Of a stretch of 64,000 nt of DNA, positions 42,005-51,466 are shown piece by piece. Under the pieces are notes generated by a model that saw only the letters and a program-made list of their open reading frames with translations, was not told where the DNA came from and made no database searches. The first letter of the stretch is position 1. Each line of letters starts with the position of its first letter. The stretch is from a virus (Duplodnaviria > Caudoviricetes). Location of the stretch: positions 1,487 through 65,486 of the IMG/VR virus record IMGVR_UViG_3300011947_000003; one strand, written 5' to 3'. The position numbers and the translations under genes are program-made.

Positions 42005-42424
42005 TTACTCTTTTAGATAAAGATATGCGAATAGTGGAAATATCATTAATATACATACACTGTATAATAAAGCCAGTCCAAAGCAGATTGAATAAAAGTA
42101 TGGTGTAAATGAAACCAATAGTATAAATGTCAAAATGACATGTATCCGTTTCTTATATACACGCGGAATAATCATCTTTCGAATCAAGTAATTACGAACA
42201 ACCTTCTTGTTATAGTTATCCGAATATACTTTTTCTATAGTTCTTATAATATATTCATATAATCGCGCTTTATTATCACTATTATATAAGCTACTTTCAT
42301 AGATAATATCATCAAGATTATTTTCAAACAATGCTATAATTTGATGTGTATTGCTTTTTATAATTTCATCTATTTTTTCTCGTTCGTCTTTAAGATCATT
42401 GTAATACTTAAACAAATCGTTCAT
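42005..42424 (-). CDS. two-TM membrane protein (paralogue family)
   Basis: LFENNLDDII..S.YN matches 7713..8171. Confidence 0.6.
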   Translation of the reverse strand: MNDLFKYYNDLKDEREKIDEIIKSNTHQIIALFENNLDDIIYESSLYNSDNKARLYEYIIRTIEKVYSDNYNKKVVRNYLIRKMIIPRVYKKRIHVILTFILLVSFTPYFYSICFGLALLYSVCILMIFPLFAYLYLKE

Positions 42425-42442
42425 AATTTAATTCCACTAAGA

Positions 42443-42886
42443 TCAACAATTGTGAAAATATCGGGAGAACTTCATCAGAATAATAAAAAATATATTTGTA
42501 ATGATACAATATATATATAAATTTGAAGGAACATTAACCGCATTTATATATGTCATGATAAACACTATCCATATATATATAGTACATATGATAAGGAGAA
42601 TATCAAAGAAATCGATTATTCCATGCTTGCGCAATTCTTTATACACCAGCGTCTTATCAAATACCCCAATATTCGAATGAATAGTTGCCATGATCGAGCT
42701 ACATCGTTCAATTTTCATAAATTTTCTACTGTATGATTTAATATCATCAATATTAGCTTTCACATACATTATCGCGATCGTGGTATTGTTTTTAAACTCT
42801 TGATCTGCTTCATCCGATCTAGAAGCTTGATATTTTACAGAACTAACCAAAGAGTTATATTTATTCAATGTTTTTTGATCATCCAT
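42443..42886 (-). CDS. two-TM membrane protein (paralogue family)
   Basis: YVKANIDDIKS...LRKHGI followed by two TM helices. Confidence 0.6.
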   Translation of the reverse strand: MDDQKTLNKYNSLVSSVKYQASRSDEADQEFKNNTTIAIMYVKANIDDIKSYSRKFMKIERCSSIMATIHSNIGVFDKTLVYKELRKHGIIDFFDILLIICTIYIWIVFIMTYINAVNVPSNLYIYCIITNIFFIILMKFSRYFHNC

Positions 42887-43412
42887 AAAAAACCATCTCA
42901 ATATTAAAAAATGCTGATTCAACCATATTCCATAAATCTGTTTCATTATAACTATTAGATGATTTCTGGTCTTTGAATTCAGAAATCACAATTGCATCGT
43001 GAATATCAGACATATCTTTATTAATGAGTGTGATAGTACCATGAGTGGCACTTACACTATGAAAATCATCTTTATGTCGATGATATGAGTCACCTTTATC
43101 GTATGAATGCATTTCAGATAATACATATCTAAAACGCTGGGAAATTGAATTATCAGTATTCCCACAACCACAATAAGCAGACACCCCATCATTTACAACT
43201 TTAACATCATATATGTATTCAGTCAAATTACCATATAATATTGTAGAAATAAAACTTCTTTGATGTGAATGTGGTGCTTCCGCATCATCAAATTTGATTA
43301 TATTATCCAGATAGACATTTATACAACTGCTATTGGAAAGTTTTATCTGGATAAAACCAAGGCCAAATGTCTTAATAGACATGGCCCTTTCCCTAACTTC
43401 ACTAAAGGTCAT
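42879..43412 (-). CDS. cupin-fold protein
   Basis: GLGFIQ, PHSHQRSFISTIL.G.L.E, DDFHSV. Confidence 0.6.
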   Translation of the reverse strand: MTFSEVRERAMSIKTFGLGFIQIKLSNSSCINVYLDNIIKFDDAEAPHSHQRSFISTILYGNLTEYIYDVKVVNDGVSAYCGCGNTDNSISQRFRYVLSEMHSYDKGDSYHRHKDDFHSVSATHGTITLINKDMSDIHDAIVISEFKDQKSSNSYNETDLWNMVESAFFNIEMVFYG

Positions 43413-43896
43413 ATTTCTTAACCCTAAAATATCTAAAATTAGTAGATTCAAGTGCCATTGCAGTAAACAATCCACCTATAGAAGAAAATGCTAATGATAT
43501 CCACGCTGATAAAATATATAGTGTAAGTGAGTCGATACTATTAATAAAAAAAACAAACGTGCAAATGGATATTGATATAATTGTATATATAATACCCGCA
43601 TACCAACCTATCCTCTCACACGCAACAATTCCAATCTTATTCAGGCCCTTACGGATTGTACTTTTATTATATGAAACTACACCAGAATGTTCTAAGTGAT
43701 CCTCAATATAGTTAACCATCTTATATTGACGACTATTCAAATCCATTGTTGCTGCCATTGATCTAAGCTTATTCTTATTTGTTAGAATATAGCTATAGAT
43801 CATGCTATCAGAAGAATTTTTCTTTTGAATTCTTCTGATTTCAGCATCTAATCCTTCATTGGCCGATGTCATAAATTTTTCAAAATTATCAGACAC
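43402..43896 (-). CDS. two-TM membrane protein (paralogue family)
   Basis: Ends TNFRYFRVKK. Confidence 0.6.
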   Translation of the reverse strand: MSDNFEKFMTSANEGLDAEIRRIQKKNSSDSMIYSYILTNKNKLRSMAATMDLNSRQYKMVNYIEDHLEHSGVVSYNKSTIRKGLNKIGIVACERIGWYAGIIYTIISISICTFVFFINSIDSLTLYILSAWISLAFSSIGGLFTAMALESTNFRYFRVKKYDL

Positions 43897-43899
43897 AAA

Positions 43900-44385
43900 T
43901 CACTCCTTTTTAAAAGAATCTGATTTTGATTCAATAACATCAATCTTTACACATAAATTACTTGATCGCGCTGAAACGATTTCTTTAAATTTACCAAACA
44001 TTGATTCTTCATGATCATCTGAATACACTTCAAACTTATGAACACAATTAGTAATAATCCAAAATATTAGAGGATATACTACTATACATGAAGTATGGTA
44101 TGTGAAATTACCTTGGATTGGCCCTATAATCCCCTCATACACTGACATCCCCACTAGGAATATTAAACCGAAGACGACGAGTAATAATGTTAATATAGCC
44201 AAACAATAGAAGGCTGACCAAAGCAAAATTTTAATAGAGTGACTGATGAAAGTACACACATCATTAAAACTATTGACTGATCCAGTCCTATAATCGATAT
44301 GAATGAATGAATAATATTCACTAAATGCTAGAAAATTAAAAAAACGGTACAACTTACTTTCTTTAGAAATACTGATCGCTTTCAT
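43900..44385 (-). CDS. membrane protein
   Basis: ISKESKLYRF...C N-terminus, two TM helices. Confidence 0.6.
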   Translation of the reverse strand: MKAISISKESKLYRFFNFLAFSEYYSFIHIDYRTGSVNSFNDVCTFISHSIKILLWSAFYCLAILTLLLVVFGLIFLVGMSVYEGIIGPIQGNFTYHTSCIVVYPLIFWIITNCVHKFEVYSDDHEESMFGKFKEIVSARSSNLCVKIDVIESKSDSFKKE

Positions 44386-44651
44386 TATTGATCCCCTTCA
44401 GTGACAACACTTAATTTACCATCAACCAACTTAACTTTTTGTTCCAGCTTATAGGTTTTACCATCGATCACATATTCTTTAGTGATAGTATCCACATCAG
44501 TGACTTTAGACTTTGATCCGTCAATTAAAACCACATTCATAAGGTTACAAATGGCCGTCCATAGTAGACACAAAAACAATCCAATGAATACTACAAATAC
44601 CCGACTATCCATGCTTAATTCCATGAACTTCTTATAAGGTGTAAATTTCAT
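44385..44651 (-). CDS. single-TM small protein
   Basis: 88 aa, one hydrophobic segment. Confidence 0.55.
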   Translation of the reverse strand: MKFTPYKKFMELSMDSRVFVVFIGLFLCLLWTAICNLMNVVLIDGSKSKVTDVDTITKEYVIDGKTYKLEQKVKLVDGKLSVVTEGDQ

Positions 44652-44731
44652 AAAACCCCCTGTTTTTCTTTGCGTTAAATATATTAACGTGTATCATATA
44701 TCAACTAAATCTAATTGTAAAACAAATATAT

Positions 44732-45829
44732 TCATATTTGTTGATTGACACGAAACCAATGTTTCCATTCTTCTGATTTAGAATCACATCTCGAATTCAC
44801 CTGACGCTTACTAATTCCATATTTTTCCATTGCGTGTTTTAAACCAATACACTCACCATCTATGCTATACCAAACACCATTTACCCCAATTAACTCACCA
44901 GATATGTAGCGTGGATCATCTTTAGCAACTGTATATGTGTTTCCATACATATCCTTCACAGCGACTTTACCCTTATAAAATCCATCACCATAATTTACAT
45001 TTTTTAATTCATCGCTAATATATCTAGGATCATTCTTATCTATAGTAAATCTATTTCCTTCACTATCTTTCACTACCACTTTGCCACATTTAATATGTTT
45101 GAATTCGCCAGAAACATATCTCGGATCATCTTTAGATACTACCAACCTATTACCCAATGAATCACAAACCACAACTTTGTTTTTCATAGATTCATGTTTA
45201 TATCCTTTTTTATTACTACTAACATATACAAATTCACCACTAATATATCGCGGATCATTCACATCCACATGATGAACAACACCTTCTTTATCCTTAACCC
45301 GAACTTTACCCTTATTATGGTGTACTAACTCCCCTGATATATATCTAGGATCATTCTTAAACACAGTGAACATATTACCATCTTTATCACGAACACATAC
45401 TTTGGCCTTCATTGCATGAACCAATTCACCAGAAACATACCTTGGATCATCTACAGAAACTTGTTCAATATTCCCATTCTTATCAATTGCAGTCACAGTT
45501 CCAGCTACACAATGTATTTTCGCAGTTGATATTGTTTTATTATAAAAAAACGAATTGTGTTCCACTTCATATAGTTCAAGAAGCCGTGTTTCTTCTTGAT
45601 TAGCATCTTTTCTAGTATCAAATATTGATAAAACTTCATACTTATAATCATTTGGATTCGCTTTCTGACGAGCCAAAAACTGTTTATTTGATGATGAACT
45701 GAAATATTTTATACCGATATCATCCTTCGGATCACATGAGCATGAACGTACTCCAATGTACTTCATTCCAGTTGAAATTTCAGTGATTAAATAAACATAA
45801 TTATTTTTTGTATAAATAGTATTAGACAT
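44732..45829 (-). mobile_element. free-standing GIY-YIG (Seg-like) homing endonuclease with six ~32-aa DPRYISGE repeats
   Basis: YVYLITEISTGMKYIGVR...Y.SSS...E...YN catalytic domain plus repeat array. Confidence 0.85.
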
Positions 45830-45861
45830 GATAACTATTCCTGTAAAGTTATTGTGTTTAG

Positions 45862-45911
45862 AAAAGCGTTATCTATTGCAGTAGATTTCGCTTTTTGTCT
45901 TTTTATTTATA
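45862..45911 (-). promoter_or_regulatory. late promoter TATAAATA followed by a leader hairpin upstream of the endonuclease
   Basis: TATAAATA at 45904-45911; AAAAGCG/CGCTTTT stem with inner ATCTA/TAGAT. Confidence 0.6.
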
Positions 45912-45961
45912 CAAATTTGATAATATTCGATGTTCATTTGATCAACTGTGAAAACACCCTA

Positions 45962-45990
45962 TTGCAATGAACATAAATATATATTATATA
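45962..45990 (+). promoter_or_regulatory. putative promoter for the large ncRNA
   Basis: TTGCAA-17-TATATA, also containing CATAAATA. Confidence 0.45.
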
Positions 45991-46620
45991 GTTATGTCCG
46001 TAATCAATTATCATATGTGTATGACACCAGTATTGTGCATATATAGTCCTACTCATGCTGGACGCTGATATATAGGTATGAGAATGTTGGTTGATAATAC
46101 CAGCGATACGAAAAAATAAAGTGCGATCAATTTCCAGTCCTGAAAAATCGTGATGTGATCCCTATTAAGTTAGGTTGCGGTGATCACCAACATAGACGAA
46201 TCGATTGCATGTTGTATAGTGTAATCGGAATTGAATAAAACTATCCCGTATCTGAAACTGTTTTATTCAATTTGCCATACTAACCGTAGTCTATGAGAAT
46301 GAAGAAGTGGTTCTTTATTCGCTTGTCCAACAGCCGTGTTAAATGTTGGAAGATGTACTTCCTATGGCAAAGGAAGCAACGGTCATGAACCGTTTGGAGT
46401 ATCCATGCAACAAGCCAGAAATGGTGATGTAGACATTGTTAGGTCTGCTGTGAATATGAATGATAGATAAAATTCATTCATTACAAATCAAAAATATATA
46501 GATGATAGAGATATAAAAGTAAATATATCCCAATTTCAACAGAAATCATCAAAAATATTATTGGTCTGATCACAGATGTAATGGACTGAAGTTGTGTCTG
46601 AAATTTGATAAAACATATTT
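45991..46620 (+). ncRNA. large structured ncRNA, ROOL-like (ends approximate)
   Basis: No ORF of 60 aa or more in any frame; more than 12 consecutive stems with G-U pairs favouring the + strand; CAUAGAC/GUCUAUG, ACGGUCAUGA, CAGAAAUG and CAAUUUCAAC in the order recalled for ROOL. Confidence 0.7.
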
Positions 46621-46668
46621 GTTGTGATATGATCGCATTCAATTGAATGCCAATACAATGAGAAAGTA

Positions 46669-47220
46669 ATGACTGAAGATCAAATCTTATATGAACTAAT
46701 CACCAAGTTAAATCTTAACTTCATCGTTGCTGTACGCAATAGTATCTATACTAGGTTCTGTGCTAACAATTTGACTATTCAACAGAACCACGATTCAGAA
46801 TTGTATGATAGACGCTTTGTAGTGGTGAATGCGGCTGATGATCGCATCTATCTAGATGAATTGGATATACCATATATCAATGCATTCTATGATATGGGGA
46901 TGAAGAGAGTAATCCGTAAAAAGAAAGAAGAAATTGAACTTCTGGAAGATATTCATAAAGAACAATATCGATCTAGAATTCCAAAGGCCATTTCACACAT
47001 CATTGGTATTCCATATGAAGACCTAAAAGTTGTTGGGGGCAATGAATTGATTTATGTCAGTGAATCATACAATAACAGTGAACGCCAATTGAAATCTATG
47101 GCTAAACATTTTCCATTGCTGGAACGCTACCTGAAAGAAAATGATATCAATCAGGATGCGCGTGTGATTATTCTGACACCAGAAGAATATAAACGTCGTT
47201 TTCCAATTTCTGATATGTAA
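46669..47220 (+). CDS. hypothetical protein downstream of the ncRNA
   Basis: 183-aa ORF, GAGAAAG RBS. Confidence 0.6.
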   Translation: MTEDQILYELITKLNLNFIVAVRNSIYTRFCANNLTIQQNHDSELYDRRFVVVNAADDRIYLDELDIPYINAFYDMGMKRVIRKKKEEIELLEDIHKEQYRSRIPKAISHIIGIPYEDLKVVGGNELIYVSESYNNSERQLKSMAKHFPLLERYLKENDINQDARVIILTPEEYKRRFPISDM

Positions 47221-47225
47221 GCAAC

Positions 47226-47253
47226 AAAAAGCCGATCATTTGATCGGCTTTTT
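47226..47253. terminator. bidirectional intrinsic terminator
   Basis: AAAAAGCCGATCA-TT-TGATCGGCTTTTT. Confidence 0.8.
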
Positions 47254-47268
47254 AATCAGGGTTTTAAT

Positions 47269-47514
47269 TTAAAGTAAATTATTAATGACATTGATTGTGG
47301 ATTCTACAATTTCTTTTGAACCATCCCCAAAATAACACTCCATATCAATATATTTATCATCCTTCTTTTTGGCATATCCGATGCTATTGGGTATTTCATC
47401 ATCATCAATACCATCAATCTCTACAATAAAAATATCAGGTATGGAATATACATTATCCTTATTGATCATACCCAAAGGCACAGTACAGTTATCAAATCGA
47501 ATCAAAATATTCAT
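47269..47514 (-). CDS. hypothetical protein
   Basis: 81 aa, AGGAGAGG RBS. Confidence 0.55.
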   Translation of the reverse strand: MNILIRFDNCTVPLGMINKDNVYSIPDIFIVEIDGIDDDEIPNSIGYAKKKDDKYIDMECYFGDGSKEIVESTINVINNLL

Positions 47515-47584
47515 ATAGTCACCTCTCCTTTTTTATCATAAAACCATACATATGCAATAGTAAATAATATAATGAATAGATATA

Positions 47585-47995
47585 TCAATATTGTATTGAC
47601 ATAAAGGCTGGTAAATTCAAACCATTACCAAATACAATAATCGTTCCAAATATAATGGATGCAATTGTAGGATATACTGCATATAATTTAATAAACCTAG
47701 AATTGCGGTCATCATATCCATGAGTTTTCAATACATTAATTACTAATTCTCTATCATAAACCCCAACGGATTTATCAAAGTAGTTAAGAATATTATTTTG
47801 ATGTTCAACCCATTCAGAACCACATAGTACAAAGTATTTGATTATATCCTGATCTTCATTAATAAACTGGATTATACCTACCGTATTAATTTCACACCTA
47901 TAATCCAATTGTACAATACTATGTTTATCTTTTATGGAATTATATATTAAGTTTTCTTGAATATTTTGAATCATGTGATGCTTTTTCATATCCAT
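47585..47995 (-). CDS. hypothetical protein
   Basis: 136-aa ORF. Confidence 0.55.
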   Translation of the reverse strand: MDMKKHHMIQNIQENLIYNSIKDKHSIVQLDYRCEINTVGIIQFINEDQDIIKYFVLCGSEWVEHQNNILNYFDKSVGVYDRELVINVLKTHGYDDRNSRFIKLYAVYPTIASIIFGTIIVFGNGLNLPAFMSIQY

Positions 47996-48011
47996 ATACC
48001 ATTATTACAGA

Positions 48012-48443
48012 TTACTTTTCGTTAGATAATTTAACTTTTAGATAAGCTCTTTCTGGTGAGTCTGAAAGCGTTTCAAGGAATTCCAATCCAGCTTCATCAC
48101 TGATGGCGATGTTAGCACGGATTTCCTCAATAATATGGTTACTTAATGAGCATTTGGTTGAATAATCAAGTTTTTTGCATGCAATATCAAATGATGCGCC
48201 ATATAAATTGTCATATACTTTGTTTAATTCACCATTTACTACAGTGTATAATTCCCCAACTTTATAATTGGTACATACTGTAGGGTGTGTAGTGACTACC
48301 ACTTTATTTTCGATGCGTGGTATATTTCGAATTTCTTCAAACGTTAAACCAAATTCAGGAAATAATATAATATCTTCAGATTTGAATTGATCAGCAATAT
48401 CATCGAAATGTGATTTTGAAGTATATATACAAACTGTTTTCAT
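48012..48443 (-). CDS. protein resembling the C-terminal half of an AAA_21/PtuA-type ABC ATPase (no Walker A)
   Basis: ILFPE...VVVTTHP...LYGAS...LSDSPERAYL. Confidence 0.4.
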   Translation of the reverse strand: MKTVCIYTSKSHFDDIADQFKSEDIILFPEFGLTFEEIRNIPRIENKVVVTTHPTVCTNYKVGELYTVVNGELNKVYDNLYGASFDIACKKLDYSTKCSLSNHIIEEIRANIAISDEAGLEFLETLSDSPERAYLKVKLSNEK

Positions 48444-48504
48444 GAGTTATACCACCATCGTAGTCAATAATAGTATTGTATCACATACAGTTTGTATATA
48501 CAAA

Positions 48505-49131
48505 TTAAAACTTGACAAATAATCTAAATTTCATTTTAGTCCGATCTCTTTTTTCATCAGTATCGTATAATTCATCATCAGCATATTTTATAAATTTGGC
48601 GGCTGTATCTTCCCATGTAATGTATTTCGATCCATCGTAATATCCAAATTTTAATTTTTTAGATTCTGCATCTTTAATTAAGTTACGCCACATAGAACGC
48701 CCACCAGATGTTTGATGAGTTCCTGATAATAACCCAATCCGATCCAGTTTTTTCGCAAGTGTGTATATTATTTCTTTAATATCTTCACTTGAAGCTTTAT
48801 GTTTTGCAATTACTTCAACAGTAAAATAATCTTTTTGATGATGATCATACTTCACTACACATGATAAATTATCACCTTTAGTGACAATATAAATCTTGCC
48901 ATATCCATATAATGAAAATTGTTCAAATTTGAATCCACTTGATGTGAATTCATCAACATATTTAAACTTGGATTCATAATCAAAATCATTTATTTTACCT
49001 GATTCTTCATCCATGATAGATTCAATTGCTTGTTGTCTAATTTCAGCAGCCCACTTATCAGTATCATTAGTTTTCTTGACTCGATCATTTACCATCATCG
49101 GTGCTTCATTGATGAAGTCTTTAAATTTCAT
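48505..49131 (-). CDS. late protein with CTS-like N-terminus, GNAT-like fold
   Basis: MKFKDFINE; LLSGTHQTSGGRSMWRNL resembles a GNAT acyl-CoA loop. Confidence 0.5.
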   Translation of the reverse strand: MKFKDFINEAPMMVNDRVKKTNDTDKWAAEIRQQAIESIMDEESGKINDFDYESKFKYVDEFTSSGFKFEQFSLYGYGKIYIVTKGDNLSCVVKYDHHQKDYFTVEVIAKHKASSEDIKEIIYTLAKKLDRIGLLSGTHQTSGGRSMWRNLIKDAESKKLKFGYYDGSKYITWEDTAAKFIKYADDELYDTDEKRDRTKMKFRLFVKF

Positions 49132-49559
49132 TTTGATTTTCCTTTTGGATAATATCCAAATTCATTGATTGATTCCCCTGTCCAAATTACATGTCTGACT
49201 GGAACATTTTTACTGAATACTTTCAGTTCTGGCTTATTCTGTGCAAATTCTTGTGCAAACTTCTTTGATAAAGTTACCCAGTCACCATCATTGAATTCAT
49301 CCTTCACTGATGCCCTGTATATCGTCACCATTGCGCTTCTATCGTCTTTTAGCTTCATAAGCACCTTAGCTGACTCTTTGTATGAATCATCCGTTAAATC
49401 ATGGAAATAGGCTTCAGGATTATCATAAAAATCGTCTGGCATAGATGGATGGTAGCTATCATCATTTGTGATATCACTGGCATTAATTCCCGTATCTTCT
49501 GGTCGATGCGACATGTGATATTCTTTCTTTTCAATCAATAAGAAATCTGCAAATTTCAT
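49128..49559 (-). CDS. late protein with CTS-like N-terminus, possible ADP-ribosyltransferase-like fold
   Basis: MKFADFLLIE; VTIYRA...GDWVTLS...A..FA...EFGY. Confidence 0.45.
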   Translation of the reverse strand: MKFADFLLIEKKEYHMSHRPEDTGINASDITNDDSYHPSMPDDFYDNPEAYFHDLTDDSYKESAKVLMKLKDDRSAMVTIYRASVKDEFNDGDWVTLSKKFAQEFAQNKPELKVFSKNVPVRHVIWTGESINEFGYYPKGKSK

Positions 49560-49623
49560 TGTACATGTTCCTAAATATAATTATAATTCTGATCTTATTT
49601 AATCATAATTGAGAAACCCAACA

Positions 49624-50262
49624 ATGATAAAATTTGTACATATTGTTGCTGTATCAACAAATGGTGTAATCGGCAATGATGATAAATTACCTTGGTCTAT
49701 CCCAAGTGATTTGAAGTTCTTCAAAGAAACAACGCTAAATCATTGGTGCATTGTTGGCCGCAAAACATACGATACAATCAAACACTTAAAAAATAGAAAC
49801 TTCATCGTTATCACCAGACAACAGTTTGAAGATACTGGCATAGTAAAATACGTCAGTGATGTTGAATCAGCCATCGCATTAGCAAAAACTTTAACTGAAG
49901 CTAAATGTTATGTGATTGGCGGTGCTGAAATATATCGTCAAACATTCCCATATGTTGATAAACTTTTAGTCACATATGTTGAAAAGAATGTTGAAGGTAA
50001 TGCATTCTACGAAATCCCTGATAATTTCCAGATTCACAAAAGTAGCGATCCTAAATGTGAAAATGGGAACCTGTTCTATTTCATGCAGTATAAGAAAGTA
50101 GCCGAAAAGCCATTGATTGCTGAACTTATTGAACTACAACGGGCCTATGATAAAGCAAACCCAAATTCAGGATTGTCTATTGATCCAGAATGGACACGTG
50201 AAGAAACTCGACTGAAGTTGAAAGAATTCTTCGATAAGAAAAAAGATGAAAGCCTGTTATAA
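49624..50262 (+). CDS. frd: dihydrofolate reductase with C-terminal extension
   Basis: IVAV..NGVIG..LPW.IPSDLKFFKETT, VGRKT, IGGAEIY. Confidence 0.95.
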   Translation: MIKFVHIVAVSTNGVIGNDDKLPWSIPSDLKFFKETTLNHWCIVGRKTYDTIKHLKNRNFIVITRQQFEDTGIVKYVSDVESAIALAKTLTEAKCYVIGGAEIYRQTFPYVDKLLVTYVEKNVEGNAFYEIPDNFQIHKSSDPKCENGNLFYFMQYKKVAEKPLIAELIELQRAYDKANPNSGLSIDPEWTREETRLKLKEFFDKKKDESLL

Positions 50263-50272
50263 AACAGGCTTC
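50249..50272. terminator. bidirectional intrinsic terminator
   Basis: AAGCCTGTT-ATAA-AACAGGCTT between convergent genes. Confidence 0.7.
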
Positions 50273-50276
50273 TTTT

Positions 50277-50555
50277 TTAGATACTAACCCATTTTGGGGA
50301 ATTGTCTGTATAGATCGTATCCCCAAAATCATCTTCATGAATGATATATCGATTACTATCAATCGTAACGATTTCATAAAAATCTTGGTCTGGATAACGA
50401 TTTATGTAATCTTCCACACATTCTACCAAACGTGGATCATGGCGCGGTAGTTCCAGCATATAATCGATATTTGATATGCCATAATTTTCTTCAAGCTGGA
50501 TTTGAACATCTAGAGTTACGTTGTAAAGACCTTGCGCAAGAACTACTTTTGTCAT
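50277..50555 (-). CDS. conserved phage hypothetical protein (RHDPRL family)
   Basis: PRHDPRLVECVE...YII; paralogue of 51463..51759. Confidence 0.65.
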   Translation of the reverse strand: MTKVVLAQGLYNVTLDVQIQLEENYGISNIDYMLELPRHDPRLVECVEDYINRYPDQDFYEIVTIDSNRYIIHEDDFGDTIYTDNSPKWVSI

Positions 50556-50584
50556 TATTAACTTCCATCAAAGTTTTAATATAT

Positions 50585-50617
50585 ACGCAATATATCATTT
50601 CAAACATATTGCGTCAA
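50585..50617 (-). promoter_or_regulatory. sigma70 promoter overlapped by a 9-bp inverted repeat
   Basis: TTGACG-17-TATATT; ACGCAATAT/ATATTGCGT. Confidence 0.55.
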
Positions 50618-51117
50618 ATTCGTTTACCATTAATATAGTAGACACCAACATCTTCAGATTCATATAAATCTTTAAATATCGAATCATTAGCATCAACTAT
50701 ACAATCATCAACATCATGCAAAGTAGAATGTTTACGAACGTGTAAAATCATATTATCAAATACGTCATCATTAATAATATGATAACGAATAGAAATTGAA
50801 TCCCATTTATCATAATCGCGCCAGTGAGTGGAAAGCAAAGCACATACTTCGCCTTTAAATCGAATAACGCTGTATATACTGGTGCTTCCATCTGTTGGTC
50901 TACGTCCATAATGTGATACATTTGCCACTGTGATTTCTTTAAAAATACCATCATATGTAAGTGGTTCATATCCTTTTAGATATGTTTTATAAATATGTGA
51001 TATTAACTCACTATCCCGAAATATTGGATATTGTGCAATGTCTTCAGATTTTTTTATGATTTGTTCTAAAGTGATCATATTATTATCCTGTGTACGGTAA
51101 ACCATCAAGGGATACAT
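50614..51117 (-). CDS. hypothetical protein
   Basis: 167-aa ORF; true start probably later (MITLEQ). Confidence 0.55.
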   Translation of the reverse strand: MYPLMVYRTQDNNMITLEQIIKKSEDIAQYPIFRDSELISHIYKTYLKGYEPLTYDGIFKEITVANVSHYGRRPTDGSTSIYSVIRFKGEVCALLSTHWRDYDKWDSISIRYHIINDDVFDNMILHVRKHSTLHDVDDCIVDANDSIFKDLYESEDVGVYYINGKRI

Positions 51118-51466
51118 CTTTTTGAGTAGCTAACTGCATCGCAATGATATCTTCCCCAAACTTTACTTTTGACTGTTCAATACGTTTATTGATTTCACTA
51201 TCGTTGCGGAACCATTTAGTATAAACTTTGATCAACTTATATTTGTCATCTTCAATACGATATATGTGAAGATTACCACCAAAAAACATTTCTATTGATG
51301 CGTATTTGATATTCCATTCATCAATCAGAATCCGTTTATCATCACACCATTCAGCATATAATTTGTCATTTTCTTCATATAGAAAACCAGATGAATTTTT
51401 ATAATAAACTTTCACCCCAGCTTTAACCGCCCTTAAAAGGTATTTGTATCGAGTTTCATATTTCAT
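51083..51466 (-). CDS. hypothetical protein
   Basis: 127-aa ORF. Confidence 0.55.
   Translation of the reverse strand: MKYETRYKYLLRAVKAGVKVYYKNSSGFLYEENDKLYAEWCDDKRILIDEWNIKYASIEMFFGGNLHIYRIEDDKYKLIKVYTKWFRNDSEINKRIEQSKVKFGEDIIAMQLATQKDVSLDGLPYTG

Noticed and set aside
45991-46620. Group I or group II intron as the explanation for the structured gap
   Set aside because: No interrupted gene flanks it, since the neighbours are divergent and complete. ATATAGTCC at about 46043 resembles a group I S element, but no GACTA partner for P7 occurs on the same strand. GTGCG at 46121 has no recognisable domain V downstream.
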